Shown one piece after another: positions 17,074 through 27,782 of a stretch of DNA of 62,208 nt; within the stretch, counting starts at the first letter, position 1, and every line of letters starts with the position of its first letter. Made by a program: the position numbers and the translations under genes. Under the pieces are notes generated by a model. That model did not search any database and was not told the DNA's origin. It worked only from the letters and a program-made list of their open reading frames with translations. Source of the stretch: a virus (lineage: Duplodnaviria > Caudoviricetes); the IMG/VR virus record IMGVR_UViG_3300048778_000101, positions 1-62,208 of that record. One strand, written 5' to 3'.

Positions 17074-20000
17074 TCACTTGTTAGCTGCCAGATGGGCTTG
17101 GCGAGCCTTGATTAGAGTTTGCAAGTTGTGATCCGTTTGCCGGGACAAGAGGATGGTAGAAGTCCTAGCGGCGGCTCTAGCGGCATTGAAAGCCTGGCGC
17201 AGCCTGTTCTGCTGCTGCTCTGAATTTAGTTTAACCCAACCGGGACTATTGACAAGCTGAGTTATGTTTAACTTCGCAGCTTTGCCAGCCTTTTCAGAAT
17301 AATACTGGTATTCAGTAGGGAGAAGCGGGATGGAGTTAAAGGACTTTTGCGGTTGCGCGGGGATTGCGTCCAAGCGTTCGAGTTCGGTCCAAACTCTATC
17401 CTGACGAGGAGCCAGCGGAGTTAGCATCATCTTGTTAGGCAGCGGCTCCCCGAAGATGTCCAACCTTGGGGGCAGTTCCGTAGACCAAAATGGGGTACGC
17501 GATTGGACAGTTTCCCGCAGACCATCAACTTTCCGCTGATAGGGATCTATTTCCTGGATATGTGCAACTTGGTTTAGCAGAGAGGAAAACGGCATGAAAC
17601 CCGCCGCAAGGTTAGTTGCATAATATCTTCCAGCATCGAAGGGACTGTCAATTGCCTCGAAAAGATTAGCCAGTCCTCCCACCCAAGTATCATTGACGGT
17701 AAGCTCCCCGAGGGAATGGACTACCCGTTCGAGGCTTTTTTGCATATCTTCTTGGCCGATGTGGTCATACATCTGGAACAGATCCGCCGCCAGCATGAAG
17801 GGCTTAGCGAAACCACCGAGGTACTTAGTCATGGGCACATTGAAAGGGCCGAAGGGGGTTGGCATCTGTAAAGAATAAGGAACTTTACCCAATGCGCGCC
17901 ATTGTGACTCTTCCCCTTCGGGGCAGCCGCCAGTTATCTTACCCTGCGCAGCCAGCCCCAGAACTCCCATGGTGTAGAAAGTTCCGGCGATCATCTTTCC
18001 GCGCACCAGATCGGCTTCGGCACTCTGCCCAAAAGCAGCGCCACGTACATCCTTCAGAGCTAGGCCGAATACTGAACGCTCGATACCTTGGCGAACAAGG
18101 TTAGCCTCCACCTGCACAAACGGAAATATTAGCGACAATCCAAAGTTTTTGCTAACTGCTGAGGAGAACCGCTGCGTCAACGAGCCCCATTCTGCACGAT
18201 TATTAAGGGCCATCTCATTACCGCGCTTAGCGGCTAAGACAGCCATCTCATCTGGGGGGTTGAGGCGCAGTTCAGATATCCTGTCTGTAAGTTGGTAGCC
18301 AGACAACCCCTCAGCCATAGCTTGCTTAGTTGCCAAACCAGCAAGTTGCATCTGGTATCCCACCAGTTTATTGAAGGTATGGATGCCTGTGATAATCCGC
18401 GCCGGGACGTTCATTACATTTCCGTAATAACGTGCAAAGGTTTCTGGGGCAGTTTCTGGGGCAGTTTTGATCTTATTAATAGCTGCTTTAAGCTCCTCCC
18501 CCTTTAGGCCACTGGCGATAGCATCTCGGACGGCTAGTTCTCTATGGTGTCCTGCCAACTCTGCGGCTGGGTTTTCCATCCCAAGGGACAGTTCGCTGTA
18601 ATCCCCCTCCGAAGGGTTGCTGAAGATAGTTCCCTGTTCCCCGAAAATTCGCTGCGGAACTCCAGTCTTAACGGTTCGTAGGGCTTGAGTAATCGCGGCG
18701 GGAGTTGCCGTGTAGTGAGCCTTCACCTGTTCCCAGGCTTCCCGGAAATAGGTGCGCTCCTGCGGGGATAGGCTGGGCTGGAACTTACTCTGCAAGGCCG
18801 CAATTACAGTGTAAGTAGGAACCATCAAGCGTTCATGAGCAGCCGCAGCTATGTAAGCCAAGTGGGTTAGAGGGCCAGACAGCAGCCCTGAATTCCGCTG
18901 CCAAACTACCGCCCGTTTTAGTGTCTCCGTAAGCGGGGTAAAATTAGCCTCCAGGAACTCTCCAAGCTGATCCGGGGAACTGATATCCTTGTTTATAAAC
19001 TCAGCCAGATCGGCCATCTGCTTGAAACTGGTTATGCCGAAATGCTTCTCCATCTGTTCCCGCAAATCCCCTTCCATATTTAATCTAGGGACGTAAGACA
19101 TCTTATGGAAAGCCGCCAGTGCCCGGCCCGCCGAAGCTGCCAGCATAGACCTTTCCCGATAAAAGAACTTAAACCGAGCCACAGACTCCATGTAGTTTTT
19201 GTAGGTTTTCGACGAATAGCCTTTATTCAAAGCCCCGTAAGCCTTGTACATGTCTACCATAGCTTTGGACAGCAAATGCGCGGCGTCTTTTACACGCTGC
19301 TGCTCGCGGTAAGTTACCTCATTGAAGCGGGCGGAATGCAACTCAGGGCTTTGTTGATACATGCTATCTATGACAGCGTAAAAGTCCTTTGTGTCTTTAA
19401 TTCCACGCAAGTCCGTGGGCAAGTTAGTTGCGATGACATTCCCCAGGAGAATTTCCCCATCTTTGCCACGGGGCCAGTTGGCAGAAGTGTTACTGCCATC
19501 AATTATTGGGGCTTTTGGATCTCTGACGGAACTGGTTTCTCCTGGGGGAGGGGCGGAGTTCCCATAGGCGTCTTCGGAACTGCTTCTAGCAGACTGGAAG
19601 GCGTCGGAGATATCTCCGTCTTGCCGTTTAAGGCGCTCGACATCGTCGTCCAGTGATCCAGAGCTTTTTCCCGGAGCGCTAGTTCTGACTTCGTGCTCTC
19701 CAGCAGCCCCCTTACCAGAGCTAGTTGGTCGTCCGTCAGTTTGGGGCTGTTCACGAGCGCGTTCAAATTGCTCAATCGCAGCCTGGCGTCGGAGACTTTC
19801 GTCTGTAGTTCCTGCATAGATGGCATCCACTATCTCCGGGGGGAGGTTATTGGCAATTACGCTATCCACTTCGCCCTTGATGGCATCGCCAATTTTATCG
19901 GACTGGTGCGGGGGCGTGGTTAGAGCTTCGACAGAATGAATTTCGTGGAGTTTAACAGAAGGCAAGTCTTCGGGGCGAATTACCGTTCTAACTGGTTTGC

Positions 20001-22974
20001 TCGTGTAGATCTTATCGAAAACATCCTTCATAGCTTCGGGAAGGGGTTCCCCGAGGGAAGTGATTGTCTGATAGACCTTGGTAAGCCACACTTTGAATTG
20101 CGCAAAAACCTCTGCCAACCCATTACTCGGAGCTACGCCTTCCCGCAAGTACTGTTCATGCCATTTAGCAAATTGCTCATGCTGCGGAACTGACAAATCC
20201 TTAAGATCGGATACTTGGAACTGCCGAGCTACAGAATTATAAAGATCCTTAACCAATTGCGGGGCACTGTCCTCCGCGCCGAGTTTTGTGAGTTCCACAA
20301 GGTACTGGTGGCCTAGCTCATGGACCACTGTGGAAGCGTCTTGGTCTTTGGTTAGGTTGAGGAGATTTTGGGAATTCTCTACGGGCGTAAGACTACCGCG
20401 CTCCGTGCCCTTTGCTTGCAAGAAGGTTTTAGCCTCCTTAACCGCATCCGCACTAGTCCCTTCCCCAGCTTGGAAGCCGTGATCCTCGAAGAATTCTTCT
20501 GGCGTAACTCCATACAAATCCGCCCAAGCATTAGCATGTGCTGTCGCCAGGGCGGCTTCGGTCTTAGCTAGTGCTTCAGGGCGACCCGCCGCTTTGAGCT
20601 GGGTTTCTACATGATTGCTTAGGTCAGCAATTAACTTATCTGAGACTTCCTGCGGGGGCTTAGTGGTTCCGAGCGGAGCTTCAGCAGTTGCTGGCACTTG
20701 CGGGGGTCTGGGCTCGATCGCTTCGGGGGGAAGTCCAGCTTCTACCCTAGCCTCATCGGCCTTAACTGCGACCTCTCCCTGTCTATACGCCTCTTCCAAT
20801 TGCGGGCGGATGAAATCAAGTCTAGTATTCAAACCCGTTTGCCGAGCCCGCATGCTAGCTACACGATTGGCCTCAGCCTCTGCGGCTTTTGCATCTTTGG
20901 CAGCAAATACTTCTTTTGCTTCGGCCTGCTCGCTGTCGGACATGTTTTCCAGAAGAGCATCCCGTCTAGCCGTCAAAGCATCCGCAGCTATTTTAGCCTT
21001 ATCAGCCTCCTCGCCGCCCTTTAATTTAAAATCTTGTGTAAGATCCTTAACCTCCCGGATAGCATCCGCAAGCTTCTGTTTAGCCGCAAGTTGCTCGTCA
21101 ATATCGCGGCCTTCCGCATTGACAAATTGTAGGTCTTCTTTCGCATTATCCACACGGGAATTAGCTTCAGCAATCTTGGCCCGAAGTGGCGCCAGCATCT
21201 CCTCCGGGGCAGCATTTTCCAGAAGCTCTACCTTCTCCAGCCGTGCGGCTAAACTCTGTTTCTGCCTAGTTAGCGCATCATAAGACAAGAACTCTTTCGG
21301 GGCATATGCCTTCGCGGCCTCTTGCACCTCTGGGGTTACATCCGTTCTATAATAGTTAGTTATCTTTCGCAAAGCTTTCATATCTGCGAACTCTTGCGCG
21401 GACATCTCCCCGGAGTTCTCAATGGGAGCTTCCCCGTCTGCCAGCAGTTGCCCATTGCGCTCTTGCTGTATCTGCGCCCGCTGGTAAACATCCCGGATAT
21501 CAGGAACCATTTCCTGCATTTTGGAATTGAGATCCCGGTACTTAGTCATGAGGTCTTGAGCAGCCTCCCCGGAAGCCTCTGAGGGGGCCGCCTCCTGCCA
21601 AGCACCTAGTTGCCGCAAAGTCTCCCCAAGCTGATCCCGCTGGGCAGTTAGATCTCCGTAAGCTGAGATAGTCTGCGGGTCTAGTTGTTTGGCAATGTCC
21701 TGCAAAAGCGGCTTGTCAGAATCGGGGGAAAACAAATCCACAACAGCCTGACGATCTGCGGCTTGTTGGTAGATTTCCTTAATCCTGGGCTCAAGCTCTT
21801 CCAGTCGGGAACTAGCCTTATCGGAAGCTGCTTGCAACCGATTAATTCCAGCCTCGATCTCGGGGGAACTGCCTTCCTCGGATTGCTTCTGCTTCAGTTC
21901 GTCTAGCCAGTTTTTGAAATTAGCGGAGTTCTCCTTAAGGCCAGCATTTTCATTAAAGGCTTCGGGGTCAATGGACTGCGCCACGAGATCGGTTGTGGTC
22001 TGCTTCGGCATCAACTGCGGCTGGGAAGCTGCTACAGAACCTCTAATTGACTGTTCTTCGGGGGTATAGTTATTCCAAAGAGAGGTGTAATCCTGGAAAT
22101 CTCCTAACTGCGGGGCTAAGTCCTGCGGCGTAATTCCCATGTCTTGCATAGGGGTTTGAATAAGGGCTTTGTTGATCTGCTGGGTTAGTTCCGCATTCTT
22201 GGCGAGAAGGTCCGACCCCTCCGGGGAAGCTTGGGAAGTTTTCAGATCCTCGGGAGTTAGCACCGCGCTCGCGGGTTTAGCTCCGAGAATATTAGCGGCG
22301 CGGGCTGCTGGCGTACCCAACTCTTCTAGGTATTTACTCCAACCGTAAGTTCCGCCAGAGAAGGCCGCGCCAACCCCAGCGGCTACGCTCACCTTAGTCC
22401 AATCGACATCCGAGCCGGTTTGGTAATGTTCGTAGGCTTGCCCGGCAGCTTCAAACCCGCCGGAGAAAGCGGCATTCATCCCGCGCTGTAGAAGTGCCCT
22501 AGTTCCCAGCAACCTTTCAAATGCCGAGCCAGTCTCCGTAGCTGTTTTAGCCAACATCGGGCTAAACCCAACCAGCCCAGGAAGCATCCCGCCGACAAAA
22601 GCCGCCGTAGAATGCTGCCCTTCATCTTGGGCCAACTGGATTGGGTCAATTCCAAGTGCTTTAGATACGGAATAGGGCAGCGCATCAAGTAACTTATCTT
22701 GAACTGCACGGGCGGCATAAGAAGCCCCCATACCACCGGCCGCGGCTCCTAGGAAAGTGCCAACTGGCCCCGCAGCGGTTCCGGCCGCTCCACCCAATCC
22801 CATACCAACGTAACTAGCGGCTCCAGGAAAAGCGTTAGCCAGAAATTGGTGCCTAGCCGCACCAGTAGCAGAAGAAGTTAAACTGGAAGTACCCCCCATA
22901 GGTTCTAGTGGGGAAGTTTCATCCGCCGATTTCTCGGCACCGCCCATGGGTAAAAGTTCCGGGGTATCGTCCAA
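17074..22974 (-). CDS. large internal virion/ejection protein (T7 gp16 position) with HExxH motif
   Basis: 1966 aa; Gly/Ala-rich hydrophobic N-terminus, coiled coils, TVVHELGH, C-terminal P.FSSLL...DPY.R...LPPRLDIFGEP; last of three ejection genes. Confidence 0.75.
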   Translation of the reverse strand: MDDTPELLPMGGAEKSADETSPLEPMGGTSSLTSSATGAARHQFLANAFPGAASYVGMGLGGAAGTAAGPVGTFLGAAAGGMGASYAARAVQDKLLDALPYSVSKALGIDPIQLAQDEGQHSTAAFVGGMLPGLVGFSPMLAKTATETGSAFERLLGTRALLQRGMNAAFSGGFEAAGQAYEHYQTGSDVDWTKVSVAAGVGAAFSGGTYGWSKYLEELGTPAARAANILGAKPASAVLTPEDLKTSQASPEGSDLLAKNAELTQQINKALIQTPMQDMGITPQDLAPQLGDFQDYTSLWNNYTPEEQSIRGSVAASQPQLMPKQTTTDLVAQSIDPEAFNENAGLKENSANFKNWLDELKQKQSEEGSSPEIEAGINRLQAASDKASSRLEELEPRIKEIYQQAADRQAVVDLFSPDSDKPLLQDIAKQLDPQTISAYGDLTAQRDQLGETLRQLGAWQEAAPSEASGEAAQDLMTKYRDLNSKMQEMVPDIRDVYQRAQIQQERNGQLLADGEAPIENSGEMSAQEFADMKALRKITNYYRTDVTPEVQEAAKAYAPKEFLSYDALTRQKQSLAARLEKVELLENAAPEEMLAPLRAKIAEANSRVDNAKEDLQFVNAEGRDIDEQLAAKQKLADAIREVKDLTQDFKLKGGEEADKAKIAADALTARRDALLENMSDSEQAEAKEVFAAKDAKAAEAEANRVASMRARQTGLNTRLDFIRPQLEEAYRQGEVAVKADEARVEAGLPPEAIEPRPPQVPATAEAPLGTTKPPQEVSDKLIADLSNHVETQLKAAGRPEALAKTEAALATAHANAWADLYGVTPEEFFEDHGFQAGEGTSADAVKEAKTFLQAKGTERGSLTPVENSQNLLNLTKDQDASTVVHELGHQYLVELTKLGAEDSAPQLVKDLYNSVARQFQVSDLKDLSVPQHEQFAKWHEQYLREGVAPSNGLAEVFAQFKVWLTKVYQTITSLGEPLPEAMKDVFDKIYTSKPVRTVIRPEDLPSVKLHEIHSVEALTTPPHQSDKIGDAIKGEVDSVIANNLPPEIVDAIYAGTTDESLRRQAAIEQFERAREQPQTDGRPTSSGKGAAGEHEVRTSAPGKSSGSLDDDVERLKRQDGDISDAFQSARSSSEDAYGNSAPPPGETSSVRDPKAPIIDGSNTSANWPRGKDGEILLGNVIATNLPTDLRGIKDTKDFYAVIDSMYQQSPELHSARFNEVTYREQQRVKDAAHLLSKAMVDMYKAYGALNKGYSSKTYKNYMESVARFKFFYRERSMLAASAGRALAAFHKMSYVPRLNMEGDLREQMEKHFGITSFKQMADLAEFINKDISSPDQLGEFLEANFTPLTETLKRAVVWQRNSGLLSGPLTHLAYIAAAAHERLMVPTYTVIAALQSKFQPSLSPQERTYFREAWEQVKAHYTATPAAITQALRTVKTGVPQRIFGEQGTIFSNPSEGDYSELSLGMENPAAELAGHHRELAVRDAIASGLKGEELKAAINKIKTAPETAPETFARYYGNVMNVPARIITGIHTFNKLVGYQMQLAGLATKQAMAEGLSGYQLTDRISELRLNPPDEMAVLAAKRGNEMALNNRAEWGSLTQRFSSAVSKNFGLSLIFPFVQVEANLVRQGIERSVFGLALKDVRGAAFGQSAEADLVRGKMIAGTFYTMGVLGLAAQGKITGGCPEGEESQWRALGKVPYSLQMPTPFGPFNVPMTKYLGGFAKPFMLAADLFQMYDHIGQEDMQKSLERVVHSLGELTVNDTWVGGLANLFEAIDSPFDAGRYYATNLAAGFMPFSSLLNQVAHIQEIDPYQRKVDGLRETVQSRTPFWSTELPPRLDIFGEPLPNKMMLTPLAPRQDRVWTELERLDAIPAQPQKSFNSIPLLPTEYQYYSEKAGKAAKLNITQLVNSPGWVKLNSEQQQNRLRQAFNAARAAARTSTILLSRQTDHNLQTLIKARQAHLAANK

Positions 22975-22976
22975 TT

Positions 22977-25658
22977 CTAATACTCCAACCTGGACAAGCT
23001 TTGTCCAGTATCCTGAGAAGGTTCGGCCGGGGCAAGCGTTTGATATGCAGAAGACATCTCAGGGGTAACTGCGCCGGGATAACTGCTTGGTACCGCCTTT
23101 GGCGCAGACTTTGCATTAACCAGCGTATACAGAGTTTGCGGCTGTATTCCAACCCCCTGAAACTGGGCCAGAACTTTCGGGTTGTTCAACAGACTGGGAT
23201 CTTTGATCACCTTCAACAGATTAGAATATACCGCAGGCTGCTGGGGGGCTTGGAAACTACCCACGAGTTGTTTAAGCATGCCGGGGTTAGTCCCTTCGGG
23301 AACTGCCAGACTATTTAAATCCATCCCCGGCAACTTCGCAGGCCCGAGAGCATCCGCAGGTTTGCTCAGAGTATTCCAGTAAGCTTGCAGATTGGCATGA
23401 ACATCTTTTCCTATGCCCTGGGAACTGTCTAGGATCTGCGAAGTGGTGGCATTATTCGCGCGCGCCTCCCTAAACACCTCAAGGGCCTTAGCTTGGAACA
23501 GCCCAACCTTTTGACTAAGCAGCGGGTCCACGGGATCTCGTGTAGTTGCTAGGGCTTGCAGCTCGCGCGGGTCTTTGTTAGTGAACTCGCTAAGCATGTC
23601 CCCCATGTAACCATTGGTTCCGGCTATGTCAGCGGGGGACAACTTTTTGAAAGTATCGGCAGCTTCCACTAAACTCTTTCGGCCATAGGTAGTTAGATCC
23701 CATTGAGGGTTTAGGATAGCTTCGGCGCTCAATTGCCCATTGGTCGCCGGGCCAAGTAGTCTGCTAAAATCCCCTCCCGTATTGAGAGGAGATCCGCTAA
23801 TCTTCTCCTCCTGGGCACGTTTACCCATGCTAATAAGGCCCTCAATCGCCTGCGGGTCTAGGTTAGAGGCTGCCCCCGCCGCTCGGATTTGCTCTACTGT
23901 GGGGGGAGTGGTTCCGGTAACAGCTTTGTAGATAGCTAAAGAGCCTTGATCCTTCTGATCCTGCTGTTTAACTGCGGCCGCTTGGATCTTGTATTGTTCC
24001 GAAGTATGCCACTGCCCGGCAGCGGAGATTGCAGAACTAATTGCCTGTTGATTTCCCGAAAATTGCTTGGGAATGTCCTGAAGCATTTCAGAGTATTTCA
24101 AGTCCACATCGGCTTTAGCACGGGCTACCGGGTCTTGGATAGTTGCTAGTTGCGGATTTTCCCCGGTTACTGAGGGTTTTTGCAGCGAAGTCCAGGTACT
24201 TTTCAGAGAGTTCCAGTTAATTTGCTTATTCTGAAAGTCTTGTTCCAGTGCCGGGATGCCTGTTCCTCCGTTAGTTCCCACATACTTTTGATTAAGAAGA
24301 GCCCTAGCTGCTTTAATTTGGTTAACTTCACTGAAGTCCTGGACACTCAGACCTGCGCTTGCAGTCGCGTCACGCCAAGTCCCCGGCATGAACTGGAAGG
24401 CTCCGGCGGGCTGGTTAATTTGAGGAGTTCCCTTAACATAGTCAGGCGGGTACGGGTATTCTTGAAAAGTGCTGGAAGCTGTATCTGGCAATGTGGCCCG
24501 CAGAACTGGATCAGCTACGCCACCCTTACCAAGAGCGAAGAAGTTTCCGCCAGACTCCCCTTTAGCGACAGTTCCCAGCGCAAATTGAACAGCCTGGGAC
24601 TTCTCCCCAGCTTGGTCAAAAAGCCTCTGAGGGATTACATTCGTCCCTTGATACGGCTGCTTAGCCATATCAGCGTTCTGCGAAATAACTGTAGGCTGCC
24701 CCAGCTTAGCACTAGTTTGCGGCTGGCTCCAGCCGTTTAAAAAATCCTGAACATACCCCTGTCCAACCTGAGCCTGATTAGCCTGATCTACCTTTTCCAC
24801 CAAAGTAGGGGGCATTAAATCCCGCAGCTTCATAGTCCCAGAGCCATCTACCATATACTGCGGGGATGGGGTATCCCCACTAGCCGTGGTGGGCGCTCCT
24901 GGAACTTCGGTATCCATCAACTTAGCAGCTTCCCCAGCCCTGCCCAAAGCCACTAGCCGCTGGATACGGGGAAGGTACACATCCTGGAAAGATTTATTAG
25001 CAATGGTTTGGCGGGCCTCATCGCTGTTGACACTGTCAGCGCCCCCGCCTATAACAGCATCCCCATAGTTGGCGCCGAAAGCCATTCTATAAGCATGCTG
25101 GAAAACTTCCGAGGGAGCATCTTCCCGTGCTGCCATTTGAACAGCTTGCTGCCGGTTTAGTTCATTAGCGGTTCGGCCCGCTACTTGTGCCTGCTGATCA
25201 AGGTGAGTACCAGCTTGCCCCAGAATAACAGAAGCCCTATAGCGTCTAATCTCCTGGTCAAACAGTAGTCTAGAGTTGGCAGTTCCGAGTTGGCTTCGGA
25301 TCTCATTTACTGCGCCTTCAATGTCTTGGTGAAACTGTGGAGCGGCATTTAGGGCGTCCTGACCCTTTTTCCCCAGGAAACCTACGTCTAGTTGGCCTGT
25401 TACCGGATCAATCTCGCCGGTCCCATGGAGCATCTTTTGGGTCTGCTCAATGGCTTGTGCTTGTGCGTTATCCGCAGCTACCTTATCCAGGAAATCAGAA
25501 CTGTGCTGAAGACCCTGTCCGATAGCTCCGATACCTTGCGCAATGCCCCCGCCAAACATGTTAGGATTGGTATTAAGCCGCTGGTAGTCATCGGGAAGAT
25601 GTTCATCAGGGACTGCTGACGGGGTTTGCTGCGTGGGGTTGTAAGGAACTTGTGCCAT
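22977..25658 (-). CDS. internal virion/ejection protein with lysozyme/lytic transglycosylase domain
   Basis: KGESGG...AGAFQFMPGTW...DFSEVNQIKAA; GKKGQDAL N-terminal motif; gp15 position. Confidence 0.8.
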   Translation of the reverse strand: MAQVPYNPTQQTPSAVPDEHLPDDYQRLNTNPNMFGGGIAQGIGAIGQGLQHSSDFLDKVAADNAQAQAIEQTQKMLHGTGEIDPVTGQLDVGFLGKKGQDALNAAPQFHQDIEGAVNEIRSQLGTANSRLLFDQEIRRYRASVILGQAGTHLDQQAQVAGRTANELNRQQAVQMAAREDAPSEVFQHAYRMAFGANYGDAVIGGGADSVNSDEARQTIANKSFQDVYLPRIQRLVALGRAGEAAKLMDTEVPGAPTTASGDTPSPQYMVDGSGTMKLRDLMPPTLVEKVDQANQAQVGQGYVQDFLNGWSQPQTSAKLGQPTVISQNADMAKQPYQGTNVIPQRLFDQAGEKSQAVQFALGTVAKGESGGNFFALGKGGVADPVLRATLPDTASSTFQEYPYPPDYVKGTPQINQPAGAFQFMPGTWRDATASAGLSVQDFSEVNQIKAARALLNQKYVGTNGGTGIPALEQDFQNKQINWNSLKSTWTSLQKPSVTGENPQLATIQDPVARAKADVDLKYSEMLQDIPKQFSGNQQAISSAISAAGQWHTSEQYKIQAAAVKQQDQKDQGSLAIYKAVTGTTPPTVEQIRAAGAASNLDPQAIEGLISMGKRAQEEKISGSPLNTGGDFSRLLGPATNGQLSAEAILNPQWDLTTYGRKSLVEAADTFKKLSPADIAGTNGYMGDMLSEFTNKDPRELQALATTRDPVDPLLSQKVGLFQAKALEVFREARANNATTSQILDSSQGIGKDVHANLQAYWNTLSKPADALGPAKLPGMDLNSLAVPEGTNPGMLKQLVGSFQAPQQPAVYSNLLKVIKDPSLLNNPKVLAQFQGVGIQPQTLYTLVNAKSAPKAVPSSYPGAVTPEMSSAYQTLAPAEPSQDTGQSLSRLEY

Positions 25659-25668
25659 AGATTATCTC

Positions 25669-26259
25669 CTATACAGCCGCCGCATTGCCTGAAGAGGTCA
25701 GAGGCCCATACTGGGGATTAGTTGCATTACTAACCCCATTATAAATCCCCTGCCCAAGTGTGGACGCCCCCGAGATTGCGTTGGCATTTCCCAGCAAACC
25801 TGCCGTAGACTGCAAACCAGCCGAGGTCGTGGCCTGACTAGCCTGCGCCCCATACAAACCGCTCTGAGCAGAATAATTAGTTGCTTGCGTACCGTATCCG
25901 TAAGCTTGCAACAGTGCGTTGTGCATCACGTTTAATTCCGATAATTCACCCTTTTGAGAGGTGGCTTGAATTACCTTAGCAGCCGAGCCAGAATTGATAT
26001 CGACGCCTTCCGAGGCTAGTGAAGCTCCCACCATAGCCGTCTGTTGAGCAGCTTGCAAACCAGCTTGAGTAGCGGACGCTTGCCCGGCCTGGATAGATGC
26101 AGTTTGGTTTTGTTGCGCAGCTTGGGCATTGTTGGCAGCCACCTGCGCTTGATACCTGGCCTCGGCAGATTGCGCTTGCCCGGATTGATAAGAACTATAA
26201 GCGGTGACACTGGCGGCGGTAACTGCGGCAACAGCACTAACAACGGCGGCGGTTCCCAT
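25669..26259 (-). CDS. small internal virion/ejection protein (T7 gp14 position)
   Basis: Ala/Gln-rich, YQAQVAANNA..ASEGVDINSGSA. Confidence 0.8.
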   Translation of the reverse strand: MGTAAVVSAVAAVTAASVTAYSSYQSGQAQSAEARYQAQVAANNAQAAQQNQTASIQAGQASATQAGLQAAQQTAMVGASLASEGVDINSGSAAKVIQATSQKGELSELNVMHNALLQAYGYGTQATNYSAQSGLYGAQASQATTSAGLQSTAGLLGNANAISGASTLGQGIYNGVSNATNPQYGPLTSSGNAAAV

Positions 26260-26264
26260 AATCT

Positions 26265-27782
26265 CTACTCCAAGCTAAGGGCGTACAAAGACCCGATGCA
26301 TTTAGCTCCGAGCCTTTCAAACAAGTATGTCTGCTTGTCCCCATTTCCCCGGACACCCGCGCGTAGGATCAACTGCTTAACCCCCTTAGCTGCCAGTTTC
26401 TCGCGGGCATATTTATGCATCTTAAGCCCCAGTTTCCCGCGGAATTCCTTACGCACGAAAAATGTATTCTGATAGCCAATTAGGGCATCCTTGCTTTCAT
26501 AGCTGGGATTGATAAGAAATACAAGATATCCAACAACCCCTGAGAAAGTCCTAGCAGTTACCACCTGCAAATAGCCTAATCTTTCGTGCGCTTTATACAA
26601 GTCCCAGTTTATGTCGGGGGGCAGTTCCGGGACAGTTCCAGCATCTTCGTAGTGGAGCCGAAAGCATTCAGAACCATCTGCCTGAAGCGCGGCCACAGAC
26701 TCTTCTTGTATAGTTACATGGGCGCACAGCTCATCAATTACCGAAGCTATGTGATCCTGCCTGATTGCGAGCCTGTTCCAGCGATCCTGCATGTTTATTT
26801 GGATATTCTGCTTAGCCAAGTCAGCCCACCAAGCTCTGTCAAATGGGAGATCCAAGCAGAACTCAAACACCTCTGCGCAAGTAGCTTCCTCAGGCAGATC
26901 GGCGTAGTTAACCGTAAGCACACCAGGGAGCTTTGAGATAGCATCCAGACGGTTTGACTCTTCTTGTAAATAACCTGCGGGGAATTCCCAGCCGAACTTT
27001 GATGCGCTCTCCGCAACTTCCCCAATCGGGCGCTTAACCACAACTACCCGCAACTCCCCCAACTCGTCTGCCAGGAAATGAAATGCCCTAGCCATCCCCG
27101 TTTCAACAGTACCTGTCTTAGGCATCCGTAGGCGGTTTACCAAATCTTCTGTAGAGTCTACATCCACCAGCATATCATGGTAGAAGTCCCAGCCAGCATA
27201 GGACAGAAACACGGACAGCCAGGTTGTCCTGGAGCGGGGCAGTCCGAGAACTAGTACCGGAGTGGTAACGCCCCCTGGAACTGGTTTCCGCCAACGATAA
27301 ATCTCCTGGCCCTCGGGACAGTCATTCCCAAATACCTTAACAAACCCCAGTTTCCGAATATACCTAACCGCAGTCTCATCGTGGCTCATAACTGTGGCTG
27401 TGATCTCGTCATGCGATGTTTTAAGCCAGCTAAGACCGTTATTGCAGATAGTTAGGAACTCTCGCGGGTACCGTAGACCCTCTTGACTGACTGCGATCCA
27501 GACATGCACGCTATTAGAGACGAGGGTTCCAATAATACCCCCCATTCCCATTAGTTTCCCATCCAAGAACCATGAGAAAACTTCACGGGATTTGATGAAA
27601 ATATCTCTAAGTTCCTTGTGGGGGTTTAGCCCCAACTCCCGCAGGCAATTCAAATGCTCGGGCCTAAGTCTACGAACCAATAGGCCAGCCTGGAAGATCT
27701 TAGCTTCTCGCAGTTCCGAGATCATTACCGAGTTCCTTGCTGGCGGGGACGGGCTTCTATCTGAGGAGTATCCCCCACCCAA
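26265..27782 (-). CDS. three-domain fusion: gp13-like GNAT, sulfotransferase-like P-loop, GNAT
   Basis: VW...TATVMSHDETAVRYIRKLGF; VLGLPRSRTTWLS; VGYLVF...FFVRKEFRG..G..LFERLG; real start probably near 27725. Confidence 0.75.
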   Translation of the reverse strand: MGGGYSSDRSPSPPARNSVMISELREAKIFQAGLLVRRLRPEHLNCLRELGLNPHKELRDIFIKSREVFSWFLDGKLMGMGGIIGTLVSNSVHVWIAVSQEGLRYPREFLTICNNGLSWLKTSHDEITATVMSHDETAVRYIRKLGFVKVFGNDCPEGQEIYRWRKPVPGGVTTPVLVLGLPRSRTTWLSVFLSYAGWDFYHDMLVDVDSTEDLVNRLRMPKTGTVETGMARAFHFLADELGELRVVVVKRPIGEVAESASKFGWEFPAGYLQEESNRLDAISKLPGVLTVNYADLPEEATCAEVFEFCLDLPFDRAWWADLAKQNIQINMQDRWNRLAIRQDHIASVIDELCAHVTIQEESVAALQADGSECFRLHYEDAGTVPELPPDINWDLYKAHERLGYLQVVTARTFSGVVGYLVFLINPSYESKDALIGYQNTFFVRKEFRGKLGLKMHKYAREKLAAKGVKQLILRAGVRGNGDKQTYLFERLGAKCIGSLYALSLE

